Origin: Azolla caroliniana
Lineage: Eukaryota; Plantae; Polypodiophyta
Reading direction: 5' to 3'
Assembly (NCBI GenBank): GCA_043228905.1
Contig: JBHGNT010000195.1
Location: 1-55,315 of the forward strand
DNA length: 55,315 nt
Part shown: positions 34,550 through 44,787 of the stretch, in pieces
Layout: every line of letters begins with the position of its first letter
How positions within the stretch are numbered: position 1 is the stretch's first letter
The notes under the pieces: generated by a model
Seen by the model: the letters and a program-made list of their open reading frames with translations, nothing else
Told to the model about the DNA's origin: nothing
Database searches by the model: none
Program-made: the position numbers and the translations under genes

Positions 34550-37500
34550 ATGGCGACCAGCAAGAAGGGTTCCACGAAGAAGGCGCCTACCGCAGGAGAC
34601 AGCGCGGAGCCCCCTCCTCTCCTCCGTGGCTGCGGCAAGTTCTTCTACCCCAACGGAGCAACATACGGTCTCAGTGCTCCTCTTCTTTATTTTTCTTTTT
34701 TTTGTGTTTATTTTCTCCCCCCGGGCCCCCACCCCCCACCTTCTCTCTCGTACTTGCACGCACAGTAACTGACGTTTTTCGAAATATCAGATGGAGATTG
34801 GATATTTGATGCAAATGCGTCTTTGCTTATGGATGCCCCATCTACAACAGCAGCGGCAGCAGCTGTAACAGGTACATTTTTCCTTTCCCGATAGATCTAT
34901 TCTCCCTTTTCTTCTCCTTCTCATGCTGAAGATTGTGATTTTCCAATGCTCTCTGCATTAATAATCGTTTTTTGTTTCCATTTCATTGTCATCTTTTATT
35001 GCCTTTGATGTGTCATTTATCTTTTCTCTCTCATTTGGTAAGGTAGGCATTCGTGCTTGAGTCCACACGCTTCCTGATTTTCTCTTTAATAATATCCTTA
35101 TGGTTTTTCATCATGCTTTCTTTTTATATCTCTTGCTTTCTTCTCTCCGTTATTGGAAATTTCTTCTTGTTAATCCATTTGATATTCTGATGGTGTACAT
35201 TCATGTTGTATCCAATATATGCATCTCGTTTAGTTTTGCTATCCGTACTTGGAATATGTCTTTCATTTTGTTTACATCCCAGTCTTTCTGATGTGTGCAT
35301 AATATTCATCTTCTCTTCATAGATTTAAAGTTTCTTTCATTCATTTTGTTTACATTCATGATTTCTGATATATCGGTTGTGTATATACCGATTGCCACTT
35401 GTCTTCTTTCTATAGTTGAAACATTGTCAAGTTTTTATGTGACTTAAAATGAAAGAACAGCAGAGAAGTACTTCTCACAATTGTGGTAACATTCAAGGGG
35501 AAAGGTTCCACTATCAATATTCTCTCTTGATAACAAACAAAGAACATACAGAGGAAACCTAAACGTAGTGACTTCTGTGCTGTAAGAGTGGAATGAGATC
35601 TGAAAGTAATATAACATGGTCTATACTATTGTTTATAGCAGCATAACAACATCTCTGGTATTATCTATGTAACTTGTTGCAAGAACGTTACAAGATCCTA
35701 AGTTCTGTTACATATTCGCTATCTTCTTTGTAGCAGCTCTAAAATATCCCTAGTTTATGGCATATGTGATTCTTTGTGAGAATTGAAGGCGATGCTCATC
35801 TATGTGATTTATTACAAGTATTTAAAAAGATTGCTTGTCTATTTGATTCTTTGCAACCATTGAGCATAAGAGATATGTGATTCTTTGCAAGAACTAAGTG
35901 TGGTAGAAAGGTGGTTTATTTGCGAGAATTGACCATACAGCGCGTGGTTCTTGCAAGAATTGAGTGTAAGAGATATGTGATTCTTTGCAAGAAATGAGCA
36001 CAAGAGATATATGACTTTTTGCAAGATTTGAGCGTAAGAGATATTTGATTCTTTTCAAGAATTGAGGGTAAGAGTTATGTGATTCTTTGAAAAATTTGAC
36101 TGTAAGAGATGTGATTCTTTGCAAGAATGTGTAAGAGAGATGTGATTCTTTACTAGAATTCAGTGTAAAATATATGTGATTCTTTGCAAGAATCAAACAT
36201 ACCAGATATGTGATTGATTGCAAGAATTGAGTGAATGATATATGTGATACTTTGCAAGAATTGAATGTATGAAATATTGCAAAAATTGAACATATGACAT
36301 GTGATTCTTTGCAAGAATTGAATGTTTTCATTAGCCTATGTGATTCTTTACAAGTAATTGGATATTATCACCAGCCTATGCAATTCTATTCAGAGAATTA
36401 AATAAGATCTCCAGCTTTTCCGCCGCAAGATCTTCTGTTTGTCTTTTTAACAGCTGAGCAAGCTCTGGGTGCTCTACTTTATGTTTATGTTACCTTCTGC
36501 AAGGACTAAACATGGTCTCAAAGTTTTCCTACATAGGCAGTGTTATTCAATCTGGTAACTGAACCCAATCTCAGTTTATTGCAATATTAGCAATGCTAGT
36601 CTTTGTAACAATTGGACAATATCCCAAAAAAATTTATAGAAGCTAAACTATTAACTCACATATGTTACAAAACCTCGTAAGAGAATAGTAATTTTGAACA
36701 AATACTACAAGCAAAAGTAGGTAGGAATGAGTTAACATGGTGGCATCCTCTGAATTCGTCATTGTTTCCAGATATAAATTCTCCATTGTCTCCATTTGTA
36801 GAGGCATCACAGAATGTATAAATATGGGTTTATGGCTCATGTCAGACTATGTTTTCCCAATATTTTTAAAATTGTTGGCTATGTAATGAACATTCATGGG
36901 TAAAACATTCCACCCTGGATATTCACTGTATGTACAAATGTATTACTAAAAGGTTCTGTCTAGACTCCATACCTCTGTGTTGATTTTAACTGCTGAAGTG
37001 ATGTCAATGATTTAGAAAAACCAAAAGGTGTGCGATTTAAAGATGGAAAAGGTGTCTTTATAGATGGAAACTATAGCTATGAAGGGGAATGGACAAAAGA
37101 TTTAGCTAATGGAGAAGGTTCATGATCTCCATAGTTTCTTGTACTATTTCATTACTGTACATCATGTCTATATTTACATTTTGGATAGATTTAATGTTTG
37201 GAGATTTTTACAACATTTTTTGGGGACACGATCAGGAATCTTCAAGTTTGCAAGTGGAGCTGAATATCAAGGGCAATGGAAGATGGGTACCTATTATGGA
37301 ACTGGAAAGTATAAGGTTTTACGTCTGACCCTATGTTTAGCTAGAAAATAGAATAGCCAATTATGCTAAACGTTTTTATTGCTTTTACGGGTAATGTTAA
37401 TAAGAGGTGTAGTAACAGGAATTACAGCTCCTCAATAATATCTACGCATATCTAGATTAACTTCAAGCACTTGCATCGTTTTACTTACTCGCAACATTGA

Positions 37501-37876
37501 AATTGTGCTTGCTTTAGTGTGGTAGAAGCACCTAAATGTCAAGTTGCATCTTGTTTTCTGTAAGATCTGTGTTTTTCAAATAATGTTTTAGACCTGAATC
37601 TACTCTGATGGAAGGAAGATGTGATTGCTTTAGGCAATCAATCAAGTAATGGCGTCTCATTTTAGTGAATATAGTTCAATGTGTATAGACATTATTTGCA
37701 AACCATTTATGCAGTGGGCAGATGGGCGTAGCTACTCAGGTGAATGGAGGGAGAACAAAATGCACGGTAAAGGTGTTTATACAGACAAGGATGGTCATAA
37801 TTGGACTGGTCAGTTTTTTCATGGAAGTGGACCTGGACTGACTTGTGATCTCCAAAATCTTCATCCTGCAAAATGA
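34550..37876 (+). CDS. MORN2: MORN-repeat protein, MORN2-like, 180 aa, 5 exons
   Basis: Exons 34550-34667, 34791-34871, 37016-37117, 37236-37315 and 37715-37876 join in frame through GT-AG introns (543 nt). MORN repeats: GKFFYPNGATYDGDW, YEGEWTKDLANGEG, YQGQWKMGTYYGTG, YSGEWRENKMHGKG. The C-terminus GVYTDKDGHNWTGQFFHGSGPGL resembles animal MORN2 as I remember it; orthology not tested. Confidence 0.85.
35760..36355. repeat. Intronic ~34-bp minisatellite (GAGATATGTGATTCTTTGCAAGAATTGAGTGTAA-like)
   Basis: More than a dozen degenerate units in intron 2 of the MORN gene. Confidence 0.85.
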
Positions 37877-39346
37877 GTGTTATATAAGAAAGGTTCAATG
37901 TATATTTTTTGTTTCTTTATGTGAAATTGAAGAAACTATTCTTAAATTATAATGAATCTTTACATAATTTTATAAAACTCACAATGAGAATAGAATAGAT
38001 TTTTTTGGCCGAGGTCAATTTGACCTATGGGACCAATGAATAATTGCAGAAATCACAGAACTGTCATGATTCAATTTCAAATTTGCAACCATTAAGCTTG
38101 TAATAGCTACTTGATGAATATGAAAACTGCAGAAGGTACCAAATTTGTCATAATTATTAGTGAGATGATTGAAGTTTAATCACCAGAATTACTGAGGGCA
38201 GAATATATATATATACATGCAAACAAACAAAATGATTTAACCAATGTTTCTGGGCTTTCCAATCCACAACTATTCAAATGGATTTAGTATCCAGGAGAGC
38301 TTAACTTTGAGTTTATTATTTCCTTACATTGTATTAGATGAGTGTAAACCATTTTTGGAGCATATTAATGCTTTACATTACACACTAAACCCACGATGTG
38401 CATATTGAAGGATACTGTAACCTTCAAATCTTCCATACATTTGTCACTTCAATCATGAAGTAGATATGATATGATAATGTCTGTACAAGTAGAAAGATAA
38501 ATGTTAAGTTGTTTAACCATGGTCAACAAGTCAATTGCATACCAATACGTTCGAAATAGTCATATATTTTTCAGCTTGAAGACGAGGGGTCATTCTGCTA
38601 ATGTGCATAGAAGGGTAATCGTCTCTAATTGTTTGTACAAGGGTGATTATCATTCCACAATTGTTTATGCAAGGGTGATCATATCTAATTCTTCTTTGAA
38701 GCGGCCACCTGCTAATGTCAGTAGAAGGATAATCATGTCTAATTCTTGTTTGAGCTCTGATATAGTTTCATAGTTTCTCAGAAGCAGCATTTTTATAACT
38801 GATCCATTGGATAAAGTCCTTACAAGCATTTTTTGAACCTTATTTCCAAGATGAATGTCCAATTGATGGCATTGCAATAGATGAGTAAATATATATCACA
38901 AATTTGCTGAGGAAATATGAGAAGAGCCCAGATGTCCCAGGTTGTGCATGTGTGTCATGGATAGTAGCCTAGGATGGGCCAAGGATAATAGAGAGAGGAA
39001 ATAGTAAACTTTTAAATGCACCCAATTGGGCAAAAGCTCGATATCATCAAAAAAGCAGGCATTCAGATATGTAGTCCTTTAGTCAATCAATGTTGCCATG
39101 ATGAAAGGCCTGTTGAGTTACTCTCATGTAGTTACTGTGGCCTGCATCATCTACAAGAAGTGTCATAATGAGAAGTCCCAGCCTCCTTATAGATCCATGG
39201 AAATATTGTACACTGATCACATTTGTACCAATTGGGACGAGATCATGACTGCTTATAAGTTTCAACGGTAATTATTAGCTCCTAAATATCAGCATTATAA
39301 CCTTGTGAATGCAAATTATGATTGCCAATAATTTCACACTGATTCA

Positions 39347-41338
39347 TTAATACAATAATGTAGGACATTTTGCCTTCATTCGGCTCGTGATTACTTCAGC
39401 ATCAAGTCCTCTTCCAATAGCTGCATAGATATTTGATAAAACAATGTAAGGTTTTGGATTCTGTGGTTCTAATTTGAATACACAATTTGCAGCATATTCT
39501 GCATGTTCTACATCCATAAGAGTCTTACAAGCACTGAGTAATGTCAACCATGCCACTGGAGTTGGCTCATGCGGCATGTCATGTATCATGTTCTTTGCTT
39601 CCTCTAATCTACCTACCCTTCCATATAGGTCAATCATGCAATGATAATGTTCTACCAATGGGTTGATGCCATAATCTTCTCTCATTAAAGCAAAAACATA
39701 ATGGCCTTCATCCACAAGGCCTGCATGACTACATGCAGAAAGTATGCTAAGAAAGGTGATTTCATCGGGTTTTGGACATTCGTCCCTCATCATTCTAGAT
39801 AGATGGATGGTTTCCTCCCCAAGACCACTATATGCATATGCACTTATCAAGGTAGACCATGTACAAGCGTTTCTTTTTGACATCTTGTTGAAGACAAATT
39901 GAGCTTCATCCATACTCCTACACCTCCCATAAAAGTGAATAAGAGCATCTTGAATGGCATTATCTACATGGAGCCAATTAGAAGTTATATAGTGGTGGAT
40001 TAATTTCCCTCCAATGAGAAATGACTGATGAGCACACGCAGAAAGGATGGTAACGAAGGTGATGGTATTCGGTTCAATCCCAGTTGAATACATTTTATGA
40101 AAAAGCTCTATGCCAAGGCTTCCTAAGCCATGTTGAACATAGGCACTGATCATAGTGGTCCAAGATACTTCATCTCTCACTGGCATTCTTTCAAAAACAT
40201 GGCAAGCATCAGTAAGCCTATTGCAGGCTTTAGTGTAGATATTGATCAGGGTATTTCCTATCATCACATCAGACTTTAGATATGTGCATCCCATAATGCA
40301 AGAATGTAACAATTTTGCTTTTCGCTGTAGATTTGGGAGGGCACATGCCGAAAGCACATTGACATAGGTCACGCGGTTTGCTTGCATTCCTTCAAGAAAC
40401 ATCCTTTGGAAAAGGTCAATTGCATCGTCGTTGTGACCATTTTGAGCAAATATGCCAATCATTGCTGTCCAAGAAATAGTATCCTTCTTAGGAAGTCTAA
40501 GAAAGGTCTCCCAAGCATCTTCCACAATGTGAAGCTTTCCATACATAGTGATAAGAGCATTTCCAATGACAACATTCTTCTCAAGAGGTTCATTACTCCC
40601 AACAATACAAGAATGTATTTGCTTAGCTATACCTGTACTTTCCAATGTTGTAAATGCTCCAAGCAAGCTAGTGATTGTTACTTGATCCATGATTTCGCCA
40701 CATTGTTGCATTTGAATGAACGCACGAAAGGCATCCTCAGACCGCCCATATTGCACATATGCATTGATGAGAACTGTCCAAGACAGTGTGGTATGGGTGG
40801 CAACAGTGCCAAACGAATGTTCAGCTTCATCAAGGTGGCCACATTTTGCATACATGTGGATAAGGGCAGTTCCTATGAAAATATCTTCTTCAACCTCATC
40901 CTTGACAATGCATTCATGTACATACATGCCTCGAGCCATGTCTACCATGCCGGCACATGCTGAAAGAAGGCTTGTGAAAATATGTTTGTCAATGGAAAAC
41001 TCTTTGGCCAACTTCATCTGGTTAAAGAGATGAAGGGCAACTTTTCCCTGGCCTTTTTTGGTGAAGGCAGAAATGATGAACATCCATGAAAACTTGTCTT
41101 TGTGAACAATGCCATCAAACACTGCTTTTGCATCTTCCAAGGATTCACAAAGGCCATACATCTGAACAAGCAGGTTAGATAAATAGGTGTCGTGTTCAGA
41201 CCCATTCTCAAGTACGACCTGGTGAACTCTCCTGCCCTCAGATATGACCTTGGTATTTCCACAGCGATGGAGCAGAGAAGCTAATGTATCGTGGGTCTGT
41301 GCGAGGGGTCGAGAGAGCATCGATCGCATAACACTCAT
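39347..41338 (-). CDS. PLS-class pentatricopeptide repeat protein with C-terminal E domains, no DYW (putative organellar RNA-editing factor), 663 aa
   Basis: Uninterrupted ORF of P-L-S triplets (GNALITMYGK, SWTAMIGIFAQNG, TYVNVLSACA). It ends TFLSILSACSHAGLVDEG, HYHCMIDLYGRVG, WLTLLSAC, YIVLSNIYAA. The true start may lie upstream (see findings). Confidence 0.95.
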   Translation of the reverse strand: MSVMRSMLSRPLAQTHDTLASLLHRCGNTKVISEGRRVHQVVLENGSEHDTYLSNLLVQMYGLCESLEDAKAVFDGIVHKDKFSWMFIISAFTKKGQGKVALHLFNQMKLAKEFSIDKHIFTSLLSACAGMVDMARGMYVHECIVKDEVEEDIFIGTALIHMYAKCGHLDEAEHSFGTVATHTTLSWTVLINAYVQYGRSEDAFRAFIQMQQCGEIMDQVTITSLLGAFTTLESTGIAKQIHSCIVGSNEPLEKNVVIGNALITMYGKLHIVEDAWETFLRLPKKDTISWTAMIGIFAQNGHNDDAIDLFQRMFLEGMQANRVTYVNVLSACALPNLQRKAKLLHSCIMGCTYLKSDVMIGNTLINIYTKACNRLTDACHVFERMPVRDEVSWTTMISAYVQHGLGSLGIELFHKMYSTGIEPNTITFVTILSACAHQSFLIGGKLIHHYITSNWLHVDNAIQDALIHFYGRCRSMDEAQFVFNKMSKRNACTWSTLISAYAYSGLGEETIHLSRMMRDECPKPDEITFLSILSACSHAGLVDEGHYVFALMREDYGINPLVEHYHCMIDLYGRVGRLEEAKNMIHDMPHEPTPVAWLTLLSACKTLMDVEHAEYAANCVFKLEPQNPKPYIVLSNIYAAIGRGLDAEVITSRMKAKCPTLLY

Positions 41339-41499
41339 GACCCAACGAACCGGAAAAGAGCAAACCCCATCCGGTCCATCACTAGCTGCTTATAGTAGGA
41401 TCTGTGCGAGGGTTCGATAGAGCATCGATCCCATAACTCTCTCTCATCGCCCAACGAACCGGCAAACAGGAAAACCCCTCCCGTCCTTCACCAGCTGCT
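41293..41499. repeat. Diverged ~105-bp tandem duplication spanning the PPR start region
   Basis: TCTGTGCGAGG...AGCATCGATC...CCCAACGAACCGG...AGCTGCT occurs at ~41293-41390 and ~41398-41499. Confidence 0.88.
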
Positions 41500-42809
41500 A
41501 ATCGTACGACCAATAATACTAGATTAGTGCGCACGGCAAGAACAAAGCGACTCGTTATGCTCATCATGCTACCATCCCTTTACATCTCATAAAACTCTGG
41601 CCACCTGCATAAAGCACTAAAACCTTCTCCTCCCAAAACTCGGGCACATATATAAGTGTCTTCAGAACGTTGTACAATTTTTCACGATCTTGCAAGAAAT
41701 TTTGAGATGTGCGGTCACGAGAAGACCTTATCCTCTATTTTCAGTACTTATCAACATAACTGAACCAAAACACTAATACATAATTGGGATGGGGGTAATT
41801 AGATATTGTTTCAAAGATGTGGGTTATACATGTATATGTATGTCTTGTGAGTATATTCTAGTTTGGCACACTAAAATGGTGGAGGAAGCTTGCAAGTTCC
41901 AATCTAGGGCAACTCAAGAGATGAAGAGTGTCTCAATGTCTAGGAGGCAAAAACAAGTTTACTTTTGTCCTAGTTTGTGGCTTGTCAACTAATAATAGAG
42001 CTAGGAGGGGTGGTATCAATTCATGAGCAACTAGATAGTCGAGGAAAGAGATTCCCATATGCCTAGTTTCTCGTTAAGCCTACCTAAATTGTTAGGCGTA
42101 AACTTGCTTTTTAGGAAAGCAATAATAGTTCCGAGAAAGAAGACGCATCGTCGGTAAAGGAATAGAATAGATGGTTTGCCGTCCATGGGACGAGATCAAC
42201 ATATCATCTTGTCCCCTTCCTAAGGAGGTTTACTATGTGGTAGCAAAACCTCTCTACGTGTGAAAATAATGCAACACATATATGTGTTATGATACACATC
42301 TAACAAGTCATCATGTTTCTCACGAATTACCTTATACAATGAGCATGCTATAAGTAACTAATATTCATCCTCCACTACATTATTATTGCATACCTCGCCA
42401 CATATCTTCATATTTGGCTTATGATGCCATGATGTTGCCTCAAAAGCAAACTTGTGTGGGTGAGTTTCTTAATATTTGTATTGTAATATTCCAATTTAGA
42501 CTTTTTAGCATCTTGTGACTTCATCCTAATGGTTGCTACTAATTTATTAACGATGATCAGGTACTTTATCGCATCACTTGAAAGCTCCAATATCCCCATC
42601 ACTAAAACCTTTTCATAATCTCAAGTACCCAACCAGATGAGAGGACTCTGCTCTTATTAGTTTTTCGTATCTTGTGTCCTGTGTTTCAAGCTTTTTTGGC
42701 AATCTATAATTGAGCATATTCTAGATTTTTGTGATATACTTGTATACTTTTTGCATGCCTAATGCTCCATCGCTTGAGTGGGTCATCCAATCTTTCTTCT
42801 TTTGTAGCC

Positions 42810-43130
42810 TTGTTTAGTATTTATTCCTGTTTATTGATGCATAGACAATAGAGAGTGGGAGATACAGACACCCTTGCTTGACCCCCATGTTGCTTAAAAA
42901 TACTTTGAGAAACCACTGCCCATTTTTAATTGGCACCGAACTTGCTCTTACAATCTTATTACAAGTGTCCTACACTCTAATAACATTCTGATCTCTATCA
43001 TTCTTTTCCAAAGCTCAATCCTTGGTACAATGTCAAATACTTTTTTGAAATCCAAGAAACAATAATATAGTGTTCTCCCTTGAAGTCTACTTTCTCACAT
43101 AATAACTTCTATTAACATCTTCAATGAGCA
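42810..43130 (-). mobile_element. Degenerate LINE reverse-transcriptase fragment
   Basis: The minus strand encodes LYYCFLDFKKVFDIVP (43070-43022) and SNMGVKQGC followed by a frameshifted LSPTL-like segment (~42895-42850). These match the non-LTR RT motifs DFxKAFD and GVxQGCPLSP. Confidence 0.75.
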
Positions 43131-44032
43131 CACATGATTTTGTTGGGGAACCTCTTCTTTATTTAAAGAAGGCTCAAAACTAAGTTATGATTATACACAT
43201 AACCGAGTGTTGAGTTTGAACATGTATCATGATGGTTTGATGGAATAATCATGGTCAAGAGAGAGCCCTAGAGGCAAGATAGCATCATTGCTCAGTTTGT
43301 TTCCTGACACGCTAATAGTTTGTTGTTTATAGAGTGCTTGTGCTTCTTAAACCTTTGAAAACTTAGCCATGTGTTACCCAAACCCTCATTAAATCCCTAA
43401 AGGTGTATATCTACATATTTGCACTGACCCTAAAATCGTTCCTGGAGGCATGAAGGTTTTTCATTAAAGTTGTTTATACTCATTTTCATGGTCAAGGGGC
43501 AATTTTGGACTCCCAAATTCTTGGATTCATAGTTGTAGAATTCTACTATTGAAGTTTGTGGCAAAATGAGTTTGACATGGTTTTATAAACATTTTTCCAA
43601 AAGGATCTCCCAATATGAATGAGGCTCCTGTTACAAATGTGGCTAGATGAATTTCTTACACATGAATTTGATTAAACTCAGATGGTGGTTTTGTTGTACT
43701 ATTAGTTAACAAGGTTATATCAAGGGAGGAAATAGCATGAGCAGTTGAGAAGAGTTTGGTATGAAGCAAAGAAACTCAAGCATGTGACTACCTCACTACA
43801 TGGAAGAGGCTAAAGATGTCAGAGGTTTTGCAAATGCTAGATGGTGATGACAATCTTGGGAATTGGTGGAAGATGTTGCAGAAAACTGAGAAAGATAGGA
43901 GGTAAAGCTACAGAGCAGGAACATGCATTCTCTGCATGAGAACATTGAGTTGAAAATATGTGTATCCAAGACTAGGCAAACTATGCCCATATAATGTGAT
44001 CAACGTTTCCATTGGGAGCATCATTGTTATGA

Positions 44033-44330
44033 CTTCCAAGTATGTTCTACTATTATGGAAATCTGTATACATTGTTCTGTATGTAAAAGATCGTGAAAAC
44101 ATGAAAGTATATTATTATCTCCCAAATACTTCATCGTGCTGCCTTCCAAGTATGTTCTACTATTATGGAAATCTGTATACATCGTTCTGCATGTAATAGA
44201 TTGTGAACACATGAAAGTACATCGTTATCTCAAAATACTACTAGAAAGCATTAGCATAATAAAAGATTCAGAATACATGAAAGTACATTATTATTTCAAA
44301 ATACTTTTAGAAACCGTTAGCATAAAAACA
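44033..44330. repeat. Local tandem duplication, 110-bp period, with a partial extra copy
   Basis: CTTCCAAGTATGTTCTACTATTATGGAAATCTGTATACAT occurs at 44033 and 44143. CATGAAAGTA(T/C)AT occurs three times. Confidence 0.85.
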
Positions 44331-44787
44331 AGCTGAATGTAGTATTCTTCATACATTTTGCTTGATTTATACTCAAGCCGCAAAGAAACAAAATCCAATG
44401 TTTGAAAATGTCTTCCAAGAACTCTATGACTGGTTTTTGGAAAATATACCAATGTGTGGAAAATGGGGTGAAATCTGCATAAATAAAACCAGGTTGAGAT
44501 TCTTGACTCACTAAAGCAAGGGAACTAAACTATTTAAATATGCTCAAACTAACAGCAACTTGAAATTTTGATGATAGCAAGAGATGCCAATGATTAATGA
44601 GTTCACAAAGTTAATGGAATTTGATACAAAGCTGCCCCGCATGCATACAGAAAAGTTGTTGACCTCAAAAACCCAATTTTTACATGTATCTATGTTTGAA
44701 CAGGCAAATACATCTAGTGCATATACACAGATATCTAAAACTGTGCACTGAAAACCTGTTCTATTCTACAAATCTTAGACATATACC

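Noticed and set aside
34204-34809. Overlapping 100-176 aa ORFs around the first MORN exon
   Set aside because: GC-rich exon 1 and UTR read in other frames. Only the spliced MORN frame has recognisable motifs.
38585-38760. Short degenerate repeats (AAGGGTGATCAT...TCTAATT) between the MORN and PPR genes
   Set aside because: Too irregular to assign, with no termini or coding signal.
40382-41033. 193-aa and 105-aa + strand ORFs
   Set aside because: Antisense shadows of the PPR coding sequence.
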